Source: the human T2T-CHM13v2.0 reference genome, Homo sapiens
DNA length: 64,000 nt
Assembly: GCF_009914755.1 (NCBI RefSeq)
Contig: NC_060928.1
Reading direction: 5' to 3' (one strand)
A model generated the notes under the pieces. The model saw nothing but the letters and a program-made list of their open reading frames with translations. It had not been told where the DNA came from and did no database searches. Positions 14,079 to 29,480 of the stretch are shown here, piece by piece; the first letter of the stretch is position 1; each line of letters opens with the position of its first letter. The translations under genes were made by a program, and so were the position numbers.

Positions 14079-14389
14079 TTTTATTATTATTATTATTATT
14101 ATTTAGAGACAGGGTCTCACTCTATTGCCCAGGCTGAAGTGCTGTGGTGCAATCTGTGCTCACTGCAACCTGGAACTCCCAAGCTCAAGCCATCCTCCAT
14201 CTCAGCCTCCTAGGTAGCTGGGACTACAGGCACACGCCATCATGCCTGGCTAATTTTTGTATTTTTGGTAGAGACGGGGTCTCACTATGTTGCTAAGGCT
14301 GGTCTCAAACTCCAGGAGGCCTCAAGCAATCCTCCAGCCTCAACCTCCCAAAGTTGTGGGATTATAGGCATAAGCCACCATGTACAGCC
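14079..14389 (-). mobile_element. AluJ element with (ATT)n tail, in tandem with preceding Alu
   Basis: Reverse Alu, (tta)n at 14080-14104. Confidence 0.9.
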
Positions 14390-16539
14390 TCAAAACTATT
14401 TTTTAAATTTAGTTTCTTCCAACTTATTTACTCTAAATATTTTTTCCTCAAAAGCTCTCACAGATGTTATATTCTTCCCAACATTAAGGAATTTTGCTTA
14501 ATTTAAATTTTTCAAATATTCCATTGTGCTTTCCCAATTTTCAGCTCAGTTATGACTTGTGATTCAATTATCTGATGCTTTCCATTGTGCAAAAGAGAGC
14601 TTGTAATTGAGTCAGGTAGTCCCCAAGCTATGGGGACAATATTAAGCATTTCTTGAGCTATCACATGAGGACCAAGATTTTATGTTAGCTTTTGTTTATG
14701 CCTATTGGGATATTTTATAATGTAAATAGAATATCTGAATAGTGATCCCAGATAATTGCATAATAACAAGCTATCATGATTAATCATTACTTTCACTTTG
14801 TCATTCTTAATGAAATTAAAATGGGATTTATCTTCCACTTCCTATGGGATCTTTTCCAGTTTGTTTTGGTTATTCACTCTCCTACCTGGAGACCTTGGCA
14901 TTTCAGGCGGTTATTGAGCATTTACATAACTTTCTTTTTTCAAAGCACTTGAGAAACAAACTACATGGTGAGACCAGTTTGTGGACTAGAGAGAATTTTA
15001 ATTGCATTTTTATCATTATCCCCATTAGAACTGACCATTTCCCTGTATTCACAATTCCACTAGAGCCTCATAAAGGAGAATGCTGGCTCCGACAAAGAAG
15101 GTCCCTGCTGCTACAAAATTAAGCTGCTGAAATTTAAGCAAACTCAAATATTTTAGCATGCCATAATCTCAATAACCGAAAATGCAACTCTTGCAAAGAC
15201 GAGTAGGGCTGGCCATTTAATAACTGTCTTCCAGGACCCCAATCCCACGTCTAAGCCATGGGAGCACCTGGATGGTAGGGACTCATTTCATGGAATTAAC
15301 TTCTTCCCATGAGATGTGTGAATGCACAGTACCACTGTGCTTGGGGCCTCTGCAATTTCATTCCCATTCCAATCCTCCATGTTTCTGATGGTTTATTAGT
15401 TCATGCCAAGAATTCCATTTCCAACTGCAATTCCAGCCCAAGTGTATCTCCATTTTAGTGCCAGTTGAGATACAGAAAGTAGTTCTAGTTGCTATTTTGT
15501 AAACTGAGAAATGGTCAAAAACAAAATGGCAGCTTTGTGGTGTATGGATGCTTCTGGGTGTTCTAATTCTGAAAACAGTTTCTAGAAATAAAATTTTGCA
15601 GATTACTTACAACTTGGACAGATATAATTTGTAATCTAAGACCCCTGTCATGGGCATTTAGAAACATGGGGATTTTATTTTCTGCCTGTTTGAAAGTCTG
15701 GGAAATAAAACAAGGTCTATTAATAATAATTGGAATAAATGCTATAGCACCTTTTAGTTCAACCACAGTTTGTTTGAATGCTTGCTGTGGATGTTCTTGT
15801 GAGGGAACCAAACTCTTGATAATCTCTTTGGGTGATGATTAGAAAATGCTGGTTGTGATTTTTTAAAAATATCAAATGGATTAATGATAATCATCTAGAA
15901 ATAAGGTCGTACTTCATTTTATACCTAAGTTGTGATGACATGAGGCACCATTGGCTTGATTACCAGGAAGAACACCATTCAGATTGTCCCCCAACCATCT
16001 GTAGACATTCCCAAAAGCCTCCATCGCATATGCTTGTGCACCCACTTGTCAGAAGCATACCCATGCTGCACCGCCCCGGATTTGCTTCTTTTGTTTCTGC
16101 TTTCGCTTGCCTCTGTTTCCTGCCCATGAAGCTGTAGGTGAAGGCACACCTCCACCACCACTCACAGAAGCATCAACCACTAGCTCACAATGCTGAGTCT
16201 GGAGGAACCAAGACTTCAGTCATTAAAGTGCCAGAACTTCTCTGGGTCCTGAGTAGACTCAGTCAAGATGACTGTCTCCTACCTGTGGGCCATACATACT
16301 CACTTGGACACAAATGACCTGTGTTTCTGTGGTCTCTCTTCAACGGTTCCAGCTTCTGATTATCTCCACTTTTCCAGGGTTTCAAAAAATCAATCACGTA
16401 AAATTATTCCAGCATACTCTGACCCTCACACCCAGCCAAAACAAACAAGTACAATCTTAAGGGATACATGAAAATTGGCAACCATACTTTCACTTTAGTC
16501 CTATTATCCTTTTTTTTTTTTTTTTACTTCCAAGGGTAG

Positions 16540-16942
16540 GGCATAACAGGCATTACAGCTTTCTCCTTGTTCTCTTGGATGACTTGCTTTGGGAGAAGCC
16601 AGCACCAAGTCATGAGGATACTCAAGCAGCCCTGTAGAATGGCCCATGTCGCAGAAAGCAAGCCAAGTCCTCCTACTCAGCACTCATAGCAAGCACCAGT
16701 TTGACAGACACTGAGTGAGCCACCTTGGAAAAAGATCTTCCAGCCCCGTCAAAGGCTTAAGATTACTGCTACCTCAGCCAAAATCTGACTGGAACTCATG
16801 AGAAATCTGATCCGGATTGTACAGCCTATTTTATTCCCAAGTTCCTGACCCACAGAAACTGTGAAGGATAAAAAATGTTTTTTATTGTTTTAAGCCGCTC
16901 AGGTGTGAGATAGGGTGTTATTTATCAATAGGTAATGAATAC
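16540..16942 (+). mobile_element. MaLR LTR (MLT1F-like)
   Basis: ctcaagcagccctgtagaatggcccatg...ttcctgacccacagaaactgtga...ttgttttaagccgct...aatgaataca. Confidence 0.75.
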
Positions 16943-17059
16943 AGTTGTTTCTGCTTAATAGTCTTTCATCAGCAACATTCAGACTAATTTTATCTTCAGG
17001 GACATGATTACCTCAGGTGGCACATTTGAAGCTCAAAAATTAGGCAAGCTTGTACACCA

Positions 17060-18890
<1,831 letters not shown>

Positions 18891-19535
18891 CTTACCAGCA
18901 TTTTTTAAGACACATTGTTAGCTCATTTGGGGTTTTTGTTTGTTTGTTTGTCTTATATCTAAAGGCTACATTAAATGCCATCATAAACACCACCATAGAT
19001 ATCCAAAATATTTGGGCAAAAATACAATAGAGATATAAAATCAAAGAGAAAGCTAACCCTTGTTCATGACAGCCCAAAGAAGATAACCACCTACAAACAG
19101 CTCACACAGCCTTGGGGAAGAAGGAAAAGGAAATTGCCTGTCAGAGAAGCTCTGTTTGTAGGACTAGATTAGCCTCCTCTCCTTATGCTGAAAGTTTCCC
19201 ACTGACTTCAAAGAAGTGCTCAGATCAGAGAAAAGTAGAGCTAGGCTGAATAATTGTAGTGAGGTTGGGGCTGCCTTAAAGACAATCTCTTTTGAGCTGT
19301 ACCCATGATGACATTATCATATTATCAATGATAAAAGGGCTGTGGGGTGGGACTACTGAGCCACAAAAGCACTCTTAAGCATCAAAGAGGAGACAAGAAA
19401 TACATTCAAATAAAAGCAGAAATTTAAAATCATGGGATATGGATACACCTCCTTGCTGTAGGAGTGACTGTGACAAATTAGAAACTGTTTCTGTTTGGGA
19501 CTGGCTTTACTAGTTATCACTAGTTTTGGGGAAAA

Positions 19536-19538
<3 letters not shown>

Positions 19539-19567
<29 letters not shown>
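19539..19567. repeat. (GT)14 microsatellite
   Basis: Direct reading. Confidence 0.95.
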
Positions 19568-19569
<2 letters not shown>

Positions 19570-21830
19570 GAAAGAGGATTCACTATAACACAATCCACCA
19601 TAATACAATAGCTTAATATTGACACAAGCACAATTTGAGAAGCGGGATCTTGCCAGGACACATGTAATAATCACACCTTGCACAAAGAAATAGAAACACT
19701 CTACTGAGGTAAGATGGCCCAAATAATACAAATACAGTTGACTCCCAAATAATACACTGAGAAACTGAACAGGGATTGAATAGTCTAGCAGTAAGATCTA
19801 AAATGTTGCTGGTAAAAATAATAATAATTAGTGGATAGATTTATGCAGTTTCACAAGCCAGCAGGAAAAATTGAACTATCTATTTTCCTCATGCTGTACA
19901 CCAACAGTGATCAGTCAAGCTGGAAATCTGTTCTTATAAACTGAGCTAGAAATGTCATTTAATGTTCCTGGTAAAATATCAATTCAAAGACCTGACGTGT
20001 ATTAGAATTAAGGAAAGATTTAGTGTTGGATAGCACAAAGAAAACAAGACTAGAATTCTAAAGACCTCTAATGAAAGGCTGAATGTGTTGATAAATATTT
20101 GAGCAACACAGAAAAGAGAGATTAATGCCAGTTTGGGTTGAATAGAGGAACATTTGTGACACACAAAGAACCACAGACAGGTGACATAAAAATAGAGAAT
20201 ACTGTTAACATCTTGTACACAGAAGATGCTCCAAACAACAGTTTCTATGTGGAGAATTATCCTGTTCAGCAATCCATTTTGGTTATGGAAAAGCAGCCAA
20301 CATGGTTTGCCCAGGATAAGCAAGGACAAACAATGAGAAAGATGAATTGCCGGGCACGAAAAGGGAGAAGAAATTTTAACATTCTGGTACAGCCCCACAA
20401 AAGAGACGTAAGAGAGAGATTTTTGAGTTGAGCAGAACCATGGCAGGAAGCTAAAAGACAGAAGGAGGAAATTTTAGCCAGGGAGAAATTCCCTTTAGCA
20501 GCCAAGGGAAAAGAATCCAAGGGGTCAAATACTTCATCTTACATTATCATCTATGCTGTTTTGTTATCTAAGTCTCTGCTACTGCCTGAAAATCTTCAGT
20601 AAAAGTTATGCCCAGTTGATGCACCGAGAGACATTTGAGAGATGAGGGAAAATACCTGTGCACCCCACCCCATTCAAGTCTCTGCAGGACAGAAGGTAGA
20701 CAGCAAGCTGGGGGCAAGATGCCAGGAGGAGAGAGGGATCACAAACAGAAAACTGAAGTGAAGGATGAATGTGTGAACACCCCTGGGAATCCACAGAAAT
20801 CTTCAGGAGGACAGGGACATGCAATTTGAGGTTAAAGTATTTTTATTTAAACCTCAAAAAAACAAGAACTCCAGCTAACACCTGGCTCTGTATATAAGGC
20901 AACCTCTAGAGATGCAACATCTGATAGTTCAAGAGTAAATGATTACATGTATAGATCTCCCGGCATTCATGCTTGACTCTTTCTTTCCCCTTGATAAATT
21001 TTTTTTTTTTTGGACATCTTAGCAGGTCCACCAATGTCCATTCAATCTCAGAGAAAGATAGGACTACTCAGATTGATTTATTTTCTCTTTTACCATCTCT
21101 GGCACAAGCTGTTATTGGAATGTTTCCATTTCATGATTCTGCACATGTTTACACAGCCGTAAGTGTTCAAGTGAGAAACATTGCTTTGCTCCTATTCCAC
21201 TATCTCTGTGTATGTGAATGTGTGGTATGCGTGCTCCTATATAAATACCCTGACGAACTCCAATGAGTATATGATTTTCCTATTTCCTGGAGTGGGTCAA
21301 TTTATTGTACAGTCTATAAAAGACCAATGAAACTCTCTTTTTGCAACTGTTTGCAATATTTCTCAGCTGTGGTACCAATGTTTTCCCCAAAACTAAGTAC
21401 TGATTTATGATTCCAGTGACAAACTAACACAATGTTTTATTATTTCCAGAATACTGACCTCAGAAAGATTTTATTTGGCCAGCCACCTGGTTAGTTGAGG
21501 AGTGAGGGCTATTCCTTGAATATAATAATTGACACTTTAGAAAGTTTCTCCTGATAGTAAATTCTGGAGAACAGGCATCTATAATCCAAAATGTCTAATG
21601 AGCCAATGGGGACATTAGAGAATGGTCAGGATGTTTTACTTATGTTTAAATGTTTATGTAACACTTATAGCTAGAGGGAAACTTGTTATTGCCATCTTTG
21701 CAATTATTATGTTGTTTCTGTTTTACCATCTCTTGTAAAACTACAGAAAAGGAATCGATGATTTCACATGATCCTTGGAATATGTCCATGATCCAACTGC
21801 TTGCTTTGGAGTGGTTTTTTTGAGGGGGGC

Positions 21831-22187
<357 letters not shown>

Positions 22188-23045
22188 ATTTTGGAGTGTT
22201 TGAGAAATCAACACACCTAGTGTGTTTCAACTTGAAAAGGACACGATGATGCAGAGCTACCTGGTTAGTTCCCTAGTTAACTATACTAAAGCCTACTTGA
22301 CCCTTGGTGACAGCTTTCCAACATGCTGACTTCTGCCTCTTTTACTTATTGATATTGCCTATTCTGGTTAGCATTTATCATGATCCTCTGAGCCTTTTCC
22401 CATTGACTGCACCGGAATTAGTTAGTTCCTCTATGAGTTTTGCAATAATTGCCATATCTATTTCAAAAATCCAAAGCAACAATTTACCATTTAGCAACAG
22501 CACTTGTTTTCAATTGTTCCCATTTCAGTGCTTTTATCAATAGATACATACGCACACTATGAATTTGTTCACATTCATTTCATCATATGGTCTTTCATTA
22601 ATTCAATGATTAGCATGCCCAGATGAGCACACACGTTTCTGGAACCACACAAGATGCTAGGTCTTTTAAGGCAAAAATAGATCTATCCCTAACTTCATGG
22701 CACTTATGGTCTGAAAGTGCTTACTTATCCAAGTCAAAACAGAGTCCTGAGGGACAGATCTTTTCTGCAAGCTACTAGAATTTTAAAGGTATATTTTTTC
22801 TTAAGAAAATCACTTTCTCATTATTACTAGGTCATTTGCTTCTGCTTTTTGCTATTCCCCAACTGTATTCATTTTCACTTATCACAGAGGTGTAAATTGA
22901 TGAAAATTAAGTATTTCCACTTTATTTAATATTGCAGTTTAGGGGAAAAGATGGTAACTACAGCCTAAAATCAATTTTGAATATAAAGTTTTAATATTAT
23001 CAACTAATTTTTTTTTATTCTAATCCTCATTAAAAAATTTGGCCT

Positions 23046-23424
<379 letters not shown>

Positions 23425-24554
23425 TCATACAGAATGTTTGTCAAAATGAAATGAAAATAGTAAGATGATATTACAGACTCACACTGAGTTTTTATGTATG
23501 TAGTACAGTGCCATCCCACAGCAGGACTCTCAAGACATCATCTGTTTCCTTTCTGGTCCCCAAATGAATCAGGCAATTCCGAATTGGTGGCAAGGGCTAG
23601 AATATTACAAAACCATGTTGACTCTGATCATCTGTCTGTTAAGGTAAACTGGAGTCCAAGGAGTAGAAAGCGTTATGGGCCAGGCAATGCTGACGGGATG
23701 GTAGGGTGCACAGCAATGGCAAGTAATAATCTCTCAGGGAACAATTCTCACAGTCTCAAGGTCATTAGCCTATCTTCCTATCTATGCACCCAGGCACCTT
23801 AGAAAGAAAGGAACACAGAGGGAACTGAGAAATCAGAGCTTTCTTTGTGGCTCTGTCTCTTTTCTGCATCTTACTGGGTTAACAGAGCCCTTCTTGGTGC
23901 CCACCGTCCACCAAAAGCACCCAAGGAGTGCACAGAGAATGAAGAGCAGGGACAAGGTCAGACAGGAGAGACCTGCTGGGAGACACTGAACACACGGAGT
24001 GGATGGAGCGGAGTAAGAAAATGTACAGTCTCATTAGGAATGAGGTACCAATGATGGTGTCTCCAAATCCAGCAGACCTCTGGGCATAGTTCCAGGCCTG
24101 AATTAGGATTTTGTAGTCATTTTCAAGATAAAGCACTTTTCCTAAATATCACTAGCTTTTACTTTAGTCACCTATGTCTGGTTCTCATTAAAGTTCCTGA
24201 CCATTGCAGTCATTTTATCTTCTAAGTGCAAGTGAGAAACAGGAGTGGGTCAATGCTCGCACCAACTGGGCACTTGAAAGAAGAATTTGAACAGGACACA
24301 AGAAGTAGAGACTAAGGGACACCAGCCTATGAAAATGTACTGCAGCACATTTAAGCTGGAGGCATCAAAACTGGTATCTTCTACACAAATGCAGCTGTTC
24401 TCTCTACTGTTTAGCACCATAGAGCCTGAAGGCACATCAGAGAGCATCTCATCTCAGCTAATGCCTTTCCTAAAGGCCACAGAAGAGTTCCATTAATGTG
24501 TGGCCAGCCCAACACCCAGGCTCTCCAATTTCCAATCCTGCACCCTTTTTGCAG

Positions 24555-24790
24555 CTAATAATAGCTCTACTATTTGTGGTACCTATTATGTGCCAGAGAC
24601 TTATTCTAAGTGCTTTACGGGTGTTGCCTTACTTAATCCTACAGCCACCCCCGTGATGCAGGTATGTGCTACTGTTGCCATTTTCAGGTGAGGAATCTGA
24701 TATCCAGCATGGATGAGTAACTTGCTCAATTCCAAAGCTGACAAAAGGGCTGAGCTTCCTACACTGAATCCATACACTCTCCTACACCTA
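24555..24790 (-). mobile_element. MIR SINE
   Basis: tattatgtgccagagacttattctaagtgcttt...ccattttcaggtgaggaatctga...agtaacttgctcaa. Confidence 0.75.
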
Positions 24791-25453
24791 AGATCCATGC
24801 TTATTCCCCACCACCAACCTTCTGCTTCCTTCACCCCAGGGACACATCTGTGGAAAAGACTGGCTACTTGGTGCTTCCTTTAGCCCCACTTCATCATGCA
24901 GTAAAGTACTAATTTCTGATTGATATCTGTGTTGCACACATAGAACATCAGAACACACAGTTTTAAATGTACAAATGCTCGGTGATCTCTCTAAAGTTGG
25001 GGGAAAAGAATAATAGCTTGTTTGTCCTCATTCTTTCCAAGATTCTTGTTTCTGGAAATGCTTTAAGCAATTTAATGCCTGAGAGGAATGTCATTCTCTC
25101 CAGTTTCAACACCTTTAGTTTAATGTAAAAAATAAAAAATGTATAATCATGAAATAACAGAGGGAATGAGAAAGCTGATGTAATAGTGAGCTGAATCTTT
25201 ACTGGCTCTGATAAATTAACTACCAAATTGGCAATTGAACCCCATGCCAGAAGTAGAAATGTGTGTGAAGCCACAGGCTAATTATATCATACCCCTTGCT
25301 GTTACTAAAACTCTCATTGTTCATAAACCACCAACCAGGGCTGCCTGAGGTTGCCGCTATCTTTTCCTTTTCTTTTTTCAATTTCTGGTGCAACAAAAAA
25401 CACCTTTTGAATGAATAAACCAATAAATGACATTTTTTTTTCCTGCTGCACAG

Positions 25454-25675
25454 AACCTGAAGCGGGTAGCTGAGACCTGGATGGATGAATTTGCCGAGTA
25501 CATTTACCAGCGGCGGCCGGAGTACAGGCATCTCTCCACGGGGGACATCTCTGCCCAGAAGGAGCTGCGCAAGCAGCTCAAGTGCAAGGACTTCAAATGG
25601 TTCATGGCTGCTGTGGCCTGGGACGTGCCTAAATACTACCCTCCAGTGGAGCCCCCGCCTGCTGCCTGGGGGGAG
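25454..25675 (+). CDS. GALNTL6: Next coding exon, 74 codons [24 protein letters not shown]...[32 protein letters not shown] (end of catalytic domain and linker to ricin-type lectin domain)
   Basis: T-rich tract + CAG acceptor ending 25453, donor GTGAG at 25676. Splices in frame to previous exon (SLAR|NLKRVAE.WMDE), a conserved ppGalNAc-T motif. Intervening intron 4683-25453. Confidence 0.95.
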
Positions 25676-25888
25676 GTGAGGAAAGGTTGCCTGAAACCTG
25701 CGCCTACCTATGAGACTGTGTGCCTCCCCCATAGCCTCAGGTGGTGGGAGGGACTGCTAAAACCTTCACTTTTACCCTGCAGCCAAGTAGCATTCATTTA
25801 AATCATCTCAAATACATGAATGTTCAACCTCTTTTTAGCAATTACTAGATTTAGCTTCAGAGTAGATAGCCTAACCCAGAATTAGTGA

Positions 25889-26232
<344 letters not shown>

Positions 26233-27868
26233 ATAAATTTTTAAAATACACCTAGAAAATATTTTTATTTGAGATTAGGGAAATCACCATCGGCGTTTGT
26301 AGAGAATTGATATATCTGTCATACAAGTGCGTAAATATGGGCACCTGATATACGTGATAAAAACCCTCTGTCCTGGTGCACAGCCTTGCTGCTATTGGTA
26401 TATGCAAGTACAAGGCAATGAGGGGCCTGGCTATTTTCCCCTCCAGGCTATGCTATGCAGAGTCATGAAGAAATGCATTTCCATAATATACAGAACTGTG
26501 ACACAGGCAGCCACATTGATTCTTTAAATAAGCACCAACCTTTCCACCTCTGAACACTTCTATTCAGTGGAAATAGAATGGAAAAAGCTAAATAGCCCCA
26601 GGTCCCAAATTTAAAATATCTATCTTTTGGCATAGAAAAGACTATTGCACTGGGTTCGGTTCCATTCAATACTGTTGCTATAGCCTTTCTCCGTAGAATA
26701 GAGTGTGCTAAAGCAGGACTAAAATTGGATAGGGTGGATTTATCCTAGCAATTCAACCTGCTCTTAACAGAGGATATCGGGGGAAATGCATGAAGGCTAG
26801 ATGTTCACACCGTCCCACTTCTCCAGCCTTTCAGAAATCAAGAGTTGATTGTCTCGCATTGTGGAAGAGTATCATCAGTGTCCTTGGTTTTCTAGTCTCT
26901 GAAAGAAGATGCCATTGCCTAGATAGTGTCTGTGGCTGCAGAGCTCTGAGAAAAGGCTACCCCAGGGCATGGTAGGAGAGGCCAGAGGACTCAGGCAGTG
27001 TTCCTGGGTGAGCTGTTCCAGATCCCTGTAGAAGACGTGTTCAGCAAGTCACAGGTGCACTGCTTGTTGTGTTCAGAGGGTCACTCTTCATACCTGGGAC
27101 ACCCAGGATGAAGGAAAGAGTCAATCCTGCCACTACACCCTCCATCTCCTCATGGTTTTTGCATGTGTATGTCATCCTGACATTGTCTGCTTAATTCAAG
27201 TTATTAATTTGGTCTCATCCTTTGCATCTTAAACATTTTATGAAAACATCCCTAGAATATTAGTAATATTAGCCTGCTTGTATTAATTTAACTGTCTACC
27301 ACAGACTCAATTCACAGCAGTGGAAATTTGAAAAGAATTTTCTTAATCCTAACGTGTTGGAAGGCATGGGAAGTGAGTTCCTTCTACAGTTTTTTTTGTT
27401 TGTTTGTTTTTTATGTATAAGGTTCTGTTTGTCATCTTTCTATGATGATTCAAATGCTGTCCTGCCTAGTGACTAAGAAATACACTTGAAGAGCCCACAG
27501 TATCATTGTGTGATTCACTACAGGGCTAAAATCTCATCAATCTTTTATCTGCCTTATGTGGATATGTGAATTTTTCTTCCTACCAGTTACTATGTTCTGC
27601 AAACTGCAACTGGTCACATTTTTCCCACAGTACCTGATTAAACCATAACCTGAATTTATAAGCACCTTTTCTAAATAGACTCAAATCTTCCACTCAGTTT
27701 CTAGGAAAGGTACAACCTTCCAGGAATAATCAAAATCAGAACCATCTTAAGCCCAAGTAGGCGATGCCAGTGTGTTTATATCTATTACCCTAGATTGCCT
27801 CATACTTTTACAACACTTGCCTTATCCCTGGAGACATTTGCATTCATTATTTCCGGCTTAAACAATGA

Positions 27869-28183
<315 letters not shown>

Positions 28184-28612
28184 AACAGATTTTTTTTTCT
28201 TTTTTAACACAAATGGCAAATTTCTTTCCCCAAAGCCTCAGAACAGTAAACAAATAAAGGTCATATTTAGGTTTAGGAAAGAAGAAAATGGGGACATAGT
28301 TTATGGGCCAGTTGCATTCAGTTGAATTTGTTCGGTGAAGATGTGATGCATAGCAAGAATGAAGACATAGAGGATGGGAGGAAGGCAAGAAGAAAGGAAA
28401 TCAATAAAAGACAAGGGTTTGCACTGTTAAATACTAGTTTTTAAAAGTATCTAATTCTCAGGGAGAATAGATCTCTGAGAGTATAAGTGAAACATGTACA
28501 TTTAATGCAGGAGGCAAGTGAAGGATTTGAAATGCAGCTTAATCAAAATGAAATAATGAAAAAAGATTATTTTCTAACTCTAGGTGGGTAATAATATTTT
28601 TAAGAGTGGCTA

Positions 28613-28888
28613 GGCTGGGCACGGTGGTTCACGCCTGTAATCCCAGCACTTTGGGAGGCAGAGGTGGGTGGATCACCTGAGGTCAGGAGTTCGAGACCAG
28701 CCTAGCCAACATGGTGAAACCCTATCTCTACTAAAAATACAAAAATTAGCTGGGCATGGTGGCATGTGCCTGTAATCCCAGCTACTCGGGAGGCTGAGGT
28801 AGGAGAATCGCTTGAACCCGGGAGGTGCCACTGCACTCCAGCCTGGGTGACAGAGTGAGACTGTCTCAAAATAAAAAGAAAAAAAAAA
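28613..28888 (+). mobile_element. AluSx-like element with short right-arm deletion
   Basis: Dimer; gaacccgggaggtgccactgcac junction lacks the gaggttgcagtgagc segment. Confidence 0.92.
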
Positions 28889-29074
28889 GGATAAAAAATT
28901 ATTAAAAGTGCAGAATATATGTGTTGAGCAACTTAATCTCTGACAAAAAAAAAGACTTTCAAAATGTTGACACATGCGATTTCTTTTGCCTTTCAGAGGA
29001 TTTCTTAAAATAAGCTTTTTATTTTGGAATAATTTTAAATTTACATTCTTCTAATGTTAACATTTTATATTTAC

Positions 29075-29480
29075 TTTCACTCGCGTCCCTGTGAAGACAC
29101 CACCAAACAGGCTTTGTGTGAGCAACAAGGCTGTTTCTTTCACCTGAGTGCAAGTGGGCTGAGTCCGAAAAGAAGGGAGATAGGGGTGGGGCCGTTTTAT
29201 AGGATTTGGGTAGGTAAAGGAAAATTACAGTCAAAGGGGGGGTTGTTCTCTGGCTGGCACGGGTGGGGGTCACAAGGTGCTCAGTGGGGGATCTTCTGAG
29301 CCAGGATGAGCCAGGAAAATGAATTTCACAAGGTAATGTCATCAGTTAAGGCAGGAACAGGCCATTTTCACTTCTTTTGTGGTGGAATGTCATCAAGTTA
29401 AGGCAGGAACCAGCCATCTGGATGTGTACGTGCAGGTCACAGGGAATATGATGGCTTAGCTTTGGCTCAGAGGCCTGACA
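29075..29480 (-). repeat. HERV-H 3' LTR (LTR7)
   Basis: Minus strand begins TGTCAGGCCTCTGAGCC, ends GTGAAA; preceded by PPT AAGAAGATGGGAA; TATA at 29195-29201. Confidence 0.96.

Noticed and set aside
25220-25732. 170-aa minus-strand ORF
   Set aside because: Antisense shadow of the GC-rich GALNTL6 exon; no recognisable domain
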